A stretch of DNA of 64,000 nt from Saccostrea echinata (Eukaryota). Positions within the stretch are counted from its first letter, which is position 1; every line of letters begins with the position of its first letter. Position numbers and translations under genes: made by a program. The notes under the pieces were generated by a model. That model saw nothing but the letters and a program-made list of their open reading frames with translations. It ran no database searches and was not told the DNA's origin. Shown here piece after piece: positions 52,434 through 64,000 of this stretch. Location of the stretch: NCBI RefSeq assembly GCF_033153115.1, contig NW_026889825.1, positions 1,984,001 through 2,048,000 of the forward strand, read 5' to 3'.

Positions 52434-53150
52434 ACTGTGCAAGATAACAACTTCGAATGTAATAGACGATTTCAACTAATAAAGGGATAGACTGTGTAAC
52501 TGGTATTTCCAAATGCATAAATAGAAAAGATTGAAAATTAATCCAAAGCAATGTATTTTGTAAGGAACGATTTTAAACCCATTGCACATGAAAACACATA
52601 GGGGCGAATTAAAAAAAAATGACCACCAAATTGAAATTTTTTGACAAAGTTCAACTACCCATAACATATTTTTCACTTATATTATCATATTGTAAATGCA
52701 TTCTAGTTCAAATTTCCGAAGTTGCAATAGAATAGACAATTGGATAAGAAAAGGTTTCTTAAGTTTTTATTAGTAAAACTTTATTTGAAAAAAGAAAATA
52801 TCACTATATCCTAAAAGACTCTCTAAAATACATAATCAAAAGAAATTATAGTGTTTTGTGCTTCCAAATGGTATCAGGGATAGATCTAAACCTTGATTGA
52901 GTTTCTGCTCTTGTATACCAGTATGTGGGGGGAAAAATTGGCTTTTTGATTGTTATTTTACATTATTTTTTCAATTCTGGTTTGAAAAGTTTTAATATGA
53001 AAGAAATATGAAAAAGTAAAATTCCTCCCACATCATTTTTTTTGTCCATTTAAGTCAATTCTTTAAATTTAAGCCAAAAGAGAATTTTGACATACAAGTT
53101 TTCTTACGAAAAAAAACTAGATTTTTAAATGACCCTTTGTTACGTTACTG

Positions 53151-54366
53151 TGTTGCACTCCTGACATCTGATATCTGATTTTATTTAACATTGTTTTAAA
53201 AATTATAATACACCATAACCCATTCTTAGTTTGTAAATCAGTTTGTCGTTATATATATAATTACTGTATTTGCAATGTGTAATATATATATACATTGACT
53301 GTAAAATGTCTGTAATTAGTTGAGAGCCATAATGTTTTGGACATCAAATAGTATTAAAAAAAATTTTAATTTATGTTTTGTAAAGATAGATGAAGATCAT
53401 TGATAATTATAAAACAGTTTTGTTGCACTCCTGACTGCAGTAAAAGTTAAAATTCAAACCACAGAACACAAAAATTCATAAAGTGCTGGCAACATCAAGT
53501 GGTAACAAAATTGTTCAATATTTATAGTTCAATAACTCATGATTGAAACACATAAAAGAATTTAAACTTCACTTTTTATCTTGAATTATTCCTTATTTAT
53601 GCCAAAAAACTAGCTAAAATATATATTTAGAGGATAAAATATATTTTATAGTATATTTTCCTTCACAGGACAAACACTGTAAGCAACTGAGGTCAACCAG
53701 AAACATTCTACTCATCAATTTATCTTTATAATTATTCATATTTGATCAGAAATAATTCTATCATATTTGTTGCACTCCTGACCGAGAGCATGGAAGTCTT
53801 TAAAGTAGAATTGTGAAGCGAAAATTATATCAGAACTTGTTCTGTTGTTTCAGTGAAGTTGAGGTGGAATTACTTGAACTTTATAACAATTTTTCATTGT
53901 GTTTTTTTTTTCCACATACTTAGAAAAATCAAAGAAAAGATAAAAACACATCTGAATTGATAAAATTGCAAAAGGGAAGGATTTTAATAATAAAACTGTC
54001 AATAATTTAGTAATAAATTATTCAAAGAGATCATTATTAATTGAAGAATATTTCTTAGCATGAGTAGAAGTCTTTTCGTCATATAACTTGAATCTTTAAA
54101 AAATGTGTTGCACTCCTGACCATAGAAACATAGATCTGAAACACAGGCATACCCTGCAATTGACAACACTTCATTTTTTTCTGTTGCACTCCTGACATAG
54201 TATAACATTTTTTTCAACATCAGCCATGACCATAACTTGGTCAAACAAAAGTTGCAACAGTCTACATTTAAAGCTCAATACTTTGAATATATTATCATGA
54301 AAGTATTTATTTCTACCAATTCACAGACCTTTAAAAAAATATAAAAAATGGTGTTGCACTCCTGGC
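53151..54366 (+). repeat. Six dispersed same-orientation copies of TGTTGCACTCCTGAC
   Basis: Copies start at 53151, 53421, 53768, 54106, 54182 and 54352 (last has one mismatch), separated by non-repetitive spacers. Confidence 0.85.
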
Positions 54367-54868
54367 ATTTTTAGCATGATTTTTGGGCATAACTTTTTTG
54401 TGAATCGAGATATCAATGAGATATTTGGCAGGTATTTAGGCACTATCTAAAGACATATGCTGAGACATAGAAATTTATTCCCTTTGCCTGTACTTTTAGT
54501 GCAGGTTAAAAAATATATATGTGATTGGTCTTTTTTTTTTTAAATTCACTCATATGCCAATCCAAGCATTCAACACAAATTTAATCTGCTGAGCTCACAA
54601 AGTTTAATTAGCCATGAATTATCAGGTCCCTGACATCCTTAAGATCATCATAGTCATGGAAAATTATGATTTTTACCAGTCTTAAACCCTTCAATATCAA
54701 AAAACAATCCAAAACACAATGTTAATGATTTAATGATCGGGTACTGTTAATCAATATATAATGATAAAAATATTATCATCATGGGAACTCCGCTCGTAGA
54801 GGTGCTGTACATTTTTCTAGTACGTGTAAATGATTCACTCTGAAACAGAGTGGACATCTATCTTCGGG

Positions 54869-57800
54869 TTAGATTTTCCCACCTAAAACAAAAAGAAAAT
54901 ATTCCACAAAAGTTCGTCTTAAATAGCCTGTATTAATAATTCCGGCAAGAATTCAACATTATATGCTTATATATCATCAAGAGTAATTGTTCAGAAGGTT
55001 TAGTTGCATGCATTATCAGATGTGCATATTTTTAGGAATATATATCTTATTGTTGATAAATTTTTAGTCTACATTTTTCTATGTATAAAATTTCTAAAAA
55101 GGTATAGATATAAAACATTATCTTTTTACATTTTTTCAGTTTAGCTTAATTTTATTACCTTTTTTTGGTTTGACTTACCATATAAAGGAAGAGAACAATA
55201 TTATCATCTCTAATTGTAATCAATTACCACATAGAGGGACAGAGCAATATTCCCATCTCTTATTGTAATCAATTACCACATAAGGGACAGAGCAATATTC
55301 CCATCTCTTATTGTAATCAATTACCACATAGAGGGACAGAGCAATATTCCCATCTCTTATTGTAATCAATTACCACATAGAGGGACAGAGCAATATTCCC
55401 ATCTCTTATTGTAGTCAATTACCACATAAGGGACAGAGCAATATTCCCATCTCTTATTGTAATCAATTACCACATAAGGGACAGAGCAATATTCCCATCT
55501 CTTATTGTAATCAATTACCACCTAAAGGGACAGAGCAATATTCCCATCTCTTATTGTAATCAATTACCACATAAGGGACAGAGCAATATTCCCATCTCTT
55601 ATTGTAGTCAATTACCACATAAGGGACAGAGCAATATTCCCATCTCTTATTGTAATCAATTACCACATAAGGGACAGAGCAATATTCCCATCTCTTATTG
55701 TAGTTTCTTACCACCTAAAGGGACAGAGCAATATTCCCATCTCTTATTGTAGTCAATTCCCACATAAGGGACAGAGCAATATTCCCATATCCTGTTGTAG
55801 TCACTTACCACATAAAGGGACAGAGCAATATTCCCATCTCTTGTTGTAGTCACTTATCACATAAAGGGACAGAGTAATATTCCAAACTCTTGTTTAATCG
55901 CTTACCACCTAAAGGGACAGAGCAATATTCCCAACTCTTATTGTAGTCACTTACCACCTAAAGGGACAGAGCAATATTCCCAACTCTTATTGTAGTCACT
56001 TACCACCTAAAGGGACAGAGCAATATTCCCAACTCTTATTGTAGTCACTTACCACCTAAAGGGACAGAGCAATATTCCCAACTCTTGTTTTAGTCGCTTA
56101 CCACATAGAGGAACAGAGCAATAGTCCCATCTTTTGTTGGGATCTGTGGTATAGCACCAGGGTCCCTTAGGTTCTTCTCCGTACGGATTACGACAGTAGT
56201 TCCCTTGATCCCCTATGTATTTATACCCATGCTTATGTGGCGATTGGGAATCCCAGCGCATGCACGTGTAGCCATTTCTAGTCTTGTTGGCATGGCCAAA
56301 ATAATCCTCTCCTCGAACTACATTTAAGCATTCAGATGGTGGAGTGTCTGCAACATGAAAAAGGTTCGTATAAACTTATTAACTGAACACGAAAATGGTA
56401 CAAAGGCCCAAAACACCTGCAGTTTGATGATGCCAAGTTCGTCAGCAAATGTTGTCATACCACTTGATACTCTGGAGGTATAAACACCGTTTCCTTGTTT
56501 TTACAGTCAATTTGAATTTCTTGCAATCTTGGTTGACGAAAGTTTAAAAGGGTCTGGCTATTGCATTGCTAAGGTGAGGAGGACATTTTTTTTTGGCGTG
56601 ATACATTTCACAGTTATAATTTTGAACACAGATTAGTGCACGGTAAGAAAGGTATTCCTCTGATCGATCACTTTTCATAATTTCGGTCATACAGTTAAAT
56701 AATAATTGCATATTATGTTATCCTGCGTGTTTTCCATTCAATATATATCATGTTAAGGACAATGGACATGAATAAGAATATCTGATTATATATTCATACA
56801 TTACATAAACATACCAAACTACGGGGTGCGAAAGTCATGAGAGATGTTTGGAATATCATAAAAATAAAAAATCCTTGAACTCCATCGAAAATGAAAAAAA
56901 GCAATCCGATTAAATGTAATATTAATATTTCCCATTAATAGCTTACACTGATATATTTCTGCTTCAGACACGGTATACCTACCACAAGTCGGTATATCGC
57001 AGAGTTCCCATCGTTTATATGGGTCAGTAGTGTAACACCACGGGCCAGCTTCTTTATCCGGGTTTCTGCAATAGTTCTCATGACTAGCCATTGACGTGGT
57101 AAAGCTATGTCTATGTGGAGAAGTTTCGTTCCATCTTTGACAGGTACGGTTGTTGACTGTTACCGATATTGTTCCTCGATACTCCCAACCGGTATTGGAC
57201 CGTTTACAGTTCTCCGTCCTTAATGGAACTTAAAATACATGAGAAACCCATGTTATTTTTTTAAATACTAGTTTTTGGCTAAAGTGATTCCACATGATGC
57301 TTTGATGTGGATTCTAAAATATGGAATTTTAATGTCTAATGATTAATTTTGAATTCAGGTTATACAGGTAAGTAACAAGAAATACTGACTCTCAGTTTCA
57401 CATCTGTCTCCTTGGTAACCCGGGAAACAGGAACAATTATAGGAGTCTCCATTATTAGTGCATGTCCCTCCGTTGTAACATGGGTTTGAAAAACACGCTA
57501 GGTTGTCTGATTATTAAAAAAAAACAGTATTGACTTCATTTAAAAATGTAATTTTCTTTTATATTCCGATTGAACTCATCCCTGAACCTAACAAAATACA
57601 AGTATTGATTAAGGACAGACGATACGTCCCTAAATAATATATAAATTTTTCTAAGATTTTATCATTGAAGTATTGCTACTTTAACATGTTTACTCACAAA
57701 AAATTGAGGTGCCTTACCAGATATTTGTGCAAGATACCAGATGATGGTTTCCTTATATAATCCTTTTGCAAATAACTTAAATTGGCAATATCATATCAAA

Positions 57801-60800
57801 AATTTTAGCATTTTGATTTTTTTAAGACAATTTGAAACCAGTTTAGAAAGCATAAGGTTATATGATTTTACACATTTTTTAAACATTACAAAGATATACA
57901 AAACACATATCTGAGGAATGCATCATCTGACCTTAAATATTATATAATAATAAAATATGGAGATATAACGAACAGTATTCAAGCTAAAAGATCATTAAAA
58001 CAATACAAATCGGGAGCAGAGCAAACAGGGACCTCCAAAAACATCAGAGGTGGGATCAGGTGCCATGGAGAATGGATTAATACATGTACTCGTATATATC
58101 CTAGTATTTATTCCTTCCCCTTTAACCAATAGTAGAACAGTAGTAGAACAGCGATGCATATATCATATATATATCTTTTATCAATATGGAGGATATTACC
58201 ACAAGATGGAATATTGCACCTCTCCCATCGTTTGTCGGAGTCTGTGGTATAACACCAGGCACGGTCTTCACCGCCCATGTTTCTACAGTAGTTCTCCTGG
58301 GCAGATGTCAGCGGCACTGTCAAATATAACAGTACAGTACATTTACAGTATAACTTGTTTATTCTGAATAGAGATATAACGAATGAGTGCTCATACCACG
58401 TAATCTTTAACTTTTCGTCTAAACTTACTAACTTGAATGAGAATGCGGTTTCTGTTGATCCCATCTTTGACATGATCGACCACTTGTGGTTGTGTTGATT
58501 TGTCCAAAGTAATCTATATTTTGAGCTAGCAATGCGCACTCCCGAGCTTCGTCATCTGAAACGGATAAGATATATATCTTTATATATCAGCATTAAATGT
58601 AAATTAAACGAGTGTATCTAATGTACAAAAGTCCAATATTAAACTAATGCTTTTTTCCTGTTTGAAAACATTGCAAACCTAAGAAGAGGTATGCCTAAGA
58701 TTATAAACAGATTACTTCTATTCCACATATCAGGATTAAGCCAGCTGCACGTGTATATATTCAGCTTTAAAACAAGTTTTGCAGAATATACTACGCCAGT
58801 AACTAACGCCAGTCTCAGGATCAAACGAGGCAACAGAAAAAAGAAGGGATGTACTTTGTTTGAAATCTTACTACACATTGGCACTTCACAGTATTCCCAG
58901 CGTGTGGAGTTATCCTCTGTGAAGCACCAGGGTTCCTGCTCTCTCCCCCTGGGGTTCCGACAGTAATTCTCGTGGGCCATCAGACCCGCATACGGATGTT
59001 CATGAGGTGACTGGGAGTCCCACCTCTGACACGTTTTCCCGGACTTTGTTTTGCTCACTCTTCCAGCATACTCGTATCCGATACTTGAACGTCTGCATTC
59101 TTCATATTCTACAACCAAAATGGTGGGATTTATTTTACATAACCAATATTTGCAATACAAAAAACATTACGAACAAGTAAACTTCCTAACTGGTCAATGT
59201 GCTTTTTTAATACTTTTATAATTTGAAAAATATAAACAGGCTTCATTTTTTTTGAAAGAAATTAAAAAAAAAATATCTTCAGCACAGATCATTAGAACAA
59301 CACCTATCGAACGTCAAACAGACGATATTTTCATACACACTGAAAACAAATACTAGTACCACAAGCAGGTATGTCACAGTAATCCCACCGGTCGTTCGGG
59401 TCCATAGTGTAACACCACGGGTGGTAGTCATTGCTCTGGGGGTAAAGATTCCGACAGTAATTGGAATCATTGACTAGGGCTGCATAGCCGGAGTGTGAAT
59501 GGGGCGATTGGTCTGCCCAGGGCTGACACGCCTTTCCGGTCCTTGTTATGTTAACTTTACCTTTGTAATCCCCGCCTCGGTTTGATTTCACACACTCAAT
59601 ATTTTCAGTCACTGCAATGTAAGGTTGATATTGTAATCACATGGACTCTTACATGACAATAACGAATTTCTTCCAGTTTTTCAGAGATACATGTATGTCA
59701 CCAAAAATTTAATATATTTTGTAAAAATAAAAATGTTTTATGCATTTGATTCATGCATATGCAAATTTTCTCTTATCATTTCTAGCGTGTTGATTACGTA
59801 ATTAAAAGAGAATATTTTTTTTCTAATTGTCCATGACATACATATATTCTAAGATAATAATTTTATTTTCTGTAAAATGTTGCATGCAATATCATAGATA
59901 TCTCGGGATTTATGTGCAAAATCTTTTGATTTATATGCAAGAATTTGTGAATTATATTCGAAAAGTTGTCATTCATTCATATTCGTAAAATCGTGGTGTA
60001 TATTCTTTTACATGTATAGTTATTTACTGAGTTTATCGTTTATTTTTATTCATATTCGTAAGCGTGTGATTAATATATATGCAAAATCTTGTAATTCATA
60101 TTCGAAAAGGTTGTAAATTATATTTTAGAGCCAGTCTGCCAAAAAACCATGCAATACTGTTCAAATTGAAGGTCACTATATCTTGATCATACAAACAACT
60201 CTTAAAAATTGGCACAATTTTGAAGAAATGATAAATTTAGTACATATTGATAGGCCAAAACTTCAAAGACCAGGCTATTAAATTAAATTTTTTTTAATAT
60301 AATTGTCATAATATTTCTCTAATCATTATCTTTGAAAAATATTAAGCTTGGCAGCTAATAATTTATTGAGATAAAGGAATTTACAAATATTTACAAAAAA
60401 TTCTTCAAACTCAAATTGGTTACACAGACTAATATAGAACTTGAAATTGTAAATATTTGTTATTAGATAAGAAAACAAGATGCTACCATATTCTTTATCA
60501 TGTTTATGGAAATAACTCAAATTGAAAATTTATTAAAAATGAAAATTAAAATGTTAACAATTACCCTCAATATGAAGATTAGTATTTTGCCAATTGTTCA
60601 GAAACAGAATGATTTTATGATAAATTATGCAGACTGATATGTACATTTTCAACAATCATACTGAATGGCCATATTTCCTACATTTTTTGTAAGCCATTTC
60701 CTTTATAATTAAAAAAGTGACTTTACATGTATGTAAATTGAGTAGGTCTTTAGTACATCATCATTCATATTAATTAAGAGACTTGAACACAGCGTTAGAC

Positions 60801-63800
60801 ATGTTGTTTGTATTCTGCCAATTTTAACAAGACCCAATCTAGTTGGGAATTACGAAAACGGGCCGATAAAAAATCCAATTCTTGGATATACGAGGGTTGT
60901 CCATAAATTTCGTGGACAATGACGTTTTTGTCAAAATGAATGGTTCTACATACATGTATATACTTATTGCATATCAAAATATTTTTTATTAAAATCAAAG
61001 TCAGAATAGTTTGTTTGTTATTTGTTTGAACTTAATTTTTTTTTTTTGTAAAAATTGGGGCTTTCAAGGTTGCAGATAGTGCGCACGGCCCAGGGTTAAA
61101 ATAACATAAACTTTGAACTAAAGTGTTCTGATTAAAATGATTATTTTCTTTATAAAACAAGTCAAAGCTTAATAAAAATTGAATATGTTACAAATAAAGC
61201 GGCTATCGTCATTTTCTGATATCTTTAGTATCGCCTTATTATACAGACAGTGAAAATATTAAGTAAAAGTCGCAAGAAATATGTTTCAAAAATTGACAGA
61301 AAAAGCGACGTCGGCCATCCGAACGGAAAAACGTCTTATAAAATTATGTTTAAATATGGTTGAAACGAAGTCAGAGACAAAGTATTTATTCAAACAACTC
61401 TGAATTATTGGAATATATTTAGTTCATTGATTTGAGATTGGTTTACACGACTTTTCAACGGTGTGTACAATTTCAGAGACACTGTTATTTGATGAAAATA
61501 GGATATTTCTATTCATGACGTTGTTATAAATCTAGCTCAGCGTCGGATTGGGTTGTGTTGCCTATGTATACGAACTGTTTATATTGATGACGCTCGTTTT
61601 GTTTTGAATTTTAAAAATTAAATCAATTATGGTCTATACATAAATATTATTGCACACTCTTGGCAGTGTGGCATAATAAAGAAAATGTAGCGCCTGTTGA
61701 TGATCATATGATAAAAATTCAAAATCCAAATTTTTGATGTCATGAAATTAGCTTTACGTCAGATTGGGCCGTGCGGATTGTATATACAAATATTTACACC
61801 TATAACTATCATACAATAGTGTGTATTGTTTTAATTTTTATATATTTACTTAATCATGGTTTATATTAAAATATTATTGTATATTTTGTTAGTGCGGACT
61901 TTATTCAGGAAATTATACCATTTGTCCACGACCTTTACGGACAACCCTCGTAACATAGAAAACAAAATACTAATATGCATGTATACACTTGTACACTGTT
62001 ATCAATTGAATTTAATACCTATGATCCTTATTTAATACCTGTATTTATAGACTTACAAAAGGGAAACACACACAAAAAAGAAACGATGTAGTTGAATGGA
62101 TGAACCTAGTAAAAGATGGACACTTAGATGAATTATGAAAATAACGATTAGTAATCAAGCTCAAAAGTCCACTGAAACAATATAGATTGGGAGTAGATAA
62201 AACACGGACCACTAAAACACCAGAGCTGGAATCAAAAGCCATGGAGGAAGCATTCCCTGTCGACCGGTCACATACGCCGTGTGCCCCTTGTAATGATCGG
62301 GCAAACGGAATAATCCGCAGACAATTCAGTATGAAAATAATGGCCTAACAATTTGCATAAAAAAACGCCAGTCAAAAATCGACTTAATGAAAGGATTGTA
62401 TTTGCTGATAAGGTCACTGTATCTACTGTAGAATTTGCGAAATATTGACTTTAAACGAGGCTGTTGATATCCTTGTTTCATCAACTTATTTGTCAATAGC
62501 TTGCCTCGTTTTGGAAATTGTTCGTACGTAGAGCATGTTCTTGCATATCGAATCAACTGGGAGACTTAAATTCCATGCATATGATAAGGTATATTGCTAC
62601 GTAAATAGATACAAAGACAGAAAGATATATATTCTTTTAAGAAAAAAAACGCAAAATAAATCATAAATTAGCAACTATCCATTGATATTCAACTTAAAAC
62701 ATTCAACATTTGTTATCTTTACACAACTTAATAATATTTGATTCTCATAAGTCAAAGTTGACAGACTTGATTTTATATTTATGCCAAAATGAATATATTC
62801 AGACGTTTTTCTGTATTTATAACATATTCATGGTTATGTCAAATACAAACCATTTACGCATGCTCCGACAGTAAGAACTATGTCATCTAAGGCAATATCA
62901 CTACTCCAATCTTCACCACGAACAGCTTCAAACACAATCTAGTTTAACAAAAATATTGATCATAAATAACGTAATCAGGTATAATCTTTTTCGAATTCAG
63001 ATTTGGTTTTCGTAGAACACTTCTTTCATTCCACCACAGTCTTCGAAAATACTCTTATGGTCAAACTTTTTTGTCAAGATACTCTTATATCCCCAGAGCA
63101 CACGTTTTCATTGCTAGTTTGAATCTCTATAAAAACTTGAAAAATATATACTTAAAAAGTTAATTAAAGGATGATCTGATGCATAGATTATCAGATCCAT
63201 GTGTTATAATCTGAATATTTTGTGGATCACGTATTACCTTCAGTTTTTCTAATTGCTGAATATTGACACGAGCGAATTTCCACCTGCTGCCCTGGTTTCC
63301 GGTCTCAGACCAGATGACGCTCTGAGAGCTGTTTTGCCCGGAGATCAGGACACTCAGTGAATCAACCGTGTGACCAAACATGTAGTAGTAGAAAGAAAGG
63401 CATCTCTCTGAGGCTACAAAAGAATCAGATCTCGCAAAACGGAGGACCAATCAAGTACAATATACTTAAAACTTTTGTCAAACTCATATCAGAAAATAAA
63501 TATCACTTAATTTAAAGTTGATGGTATGCATTCTAATTCAATATGGATCTTCCTTAGGTTGAGTAAAATCAACAGAAATTAACGAAAACTAACCTTCCAC
63601 TATCATGCCTTTTAAGCACAAGAATTGTGTATTATATTTATGTCTGCATGGTGCTATGCATAAGTTTAAAGTTGACAAATATATGTATATAAACAAGTTA
63701 AAAGTATTTAGCCAAAAATTTCAATCCAAAAATTTCATTGAGTAAGGGGACTTAGAATTTTTTATAGAAATACCTGGCAGGTCCAAGTTAGACACCAGCC

Positions 63801-63903
63801 ATGCCTTTTCTCCCTTGACTCGAGGGTCTGACATTTCTGCAAAAATGTACCGATTTCCTTTGTGTGCCTTATCAGGCCCTGTGCCTTGTGAACTACTTGG
63901 GCC
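54869..63903 (-). CDS. MAM + multiple kringle + EGF domain protein (plasminogen/apolipoprotein(a)-like kringles, no protease domain); 5' end lies beyond the window
   Basis: Exons (minus): MAM 63774-63903, 63238-63413, 62851-62938 (GTGP...[30 protein letters not shown]...DIALDDI); kringles 59360-59611, 58872-59108, 58433-58555+58200-58316; EGF 57390-57506 ([12 protein letters not shown]...[13 protein letters not shown]); kringles 56983-57228, 56102-56347 (NYCRNP...PWCYT...WDYC); terminal exon 54869-54882 (GGKI*). Confidence 0.9.
55172..56140 (-). repeat. 48/49-bp tandem array (~20 copies) spanning the donor of the last kringle exon
   Basis: Plus-strand unit TTACCACATAAGGGACAGAGCAATATTCCCATCTCTTATTGTAATCAA; on the minus strand it repeats ...[10 protein letters not shown]... 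followed by GTAAG/GTAAT. Confidence 0.95.
60891..61950. mobile_element. Mariner-type non-autonomous element (1.06 kb)
   Basis: TA|CGAGGGTTGTCCATAAATTTCGTGGACAA ... TTGTCCACGACCTTTACGGACAACCCTCG|TA TIRs with TA TSD. Confidence 0.88.
62170..62610 (-). mobile_element. Truncated Penelope-like retroelement fragment (RT C-terminal region plus 3' sequence); related relic near 57900-58070
   Basis: Peptide [48 protein letters not shown] resembles the post-RT region of Penelope-like elements. Motif AAACACCAGAGCTGGAATCAAAAGCCATGGAG is shared with AAACATCAGAGGTGGGATCAGGTGCCATGGAG near 58040-58070. Confidence 0.6.
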
Positions 63904-64000
63904 CTAGTAAAGATTTAAATTAATTCAATGAAAAGATAATTATTTACAAAAATGAGCGTAAAATGTTATATTTGATTTAGAATAAACAAAGTATAAATTA

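Noticed and set aside
55511-55714. ORF with periodic [16 protein letters not shown] as a separate gene or exon
   Set aside because: By-product of 48-bp units copied from the kringle exon end; no acceptor, and neighbouring 49-bp units break the frame.
58108-58539. 143-aa ORF as a single coding exon
   Set aside because: Only 58200-58316 is in the kringle frame; the upstream kringle half is in another frame and the rest is intron.

Overview
AT-rich animal genomic DNA with spliceosomal introns. It is most likely an oyster or other bivalve, inferred from Helentron/HINE elements carrying a ~166-bp satellite and from the SINE type. Four protein-coding genes can be reconstructed by hand: eIF4E2/4EHP (+, 7 coding exons, 176-9413); glycerol kinase 5 (-, 16-17 coding exons, 14757-29896, one GC-AG intron); UDP-glucuronate decarboxylase UXS1 (+, 12 exons, 30517-49447, head-to-head with GK5); and the 3' part of a MAM-kringle(x5)-EGF protein lacking a protease domain (-, 54869 to beyond 63903). 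Introns and spacers hold many non-autonomous DNA transposons (hAT, Tc1/mariner, Kolobok-like, CACTA-like, HINEs), a tRNA-derived SINE with a 10-bp TSD, a Penelope-like fragment and a 136-N gap. The most striking pattern: all four genes carry tandem arrays that straddle an exon-intron junction, amplifying the exon edge plus its splice site into the intron (40, 47, 60, ~83 and 48/49 bp units, 4-22 copies). In each case read-through meets a stop codon within one or two units. Other signals: a candidate alternative first exon of eIF4E2, minimal uORFs abutting the starts of GK5 and UXS1, six copies of a 15-bp motif with an MRE core, and a strong excess of TACATGTA.
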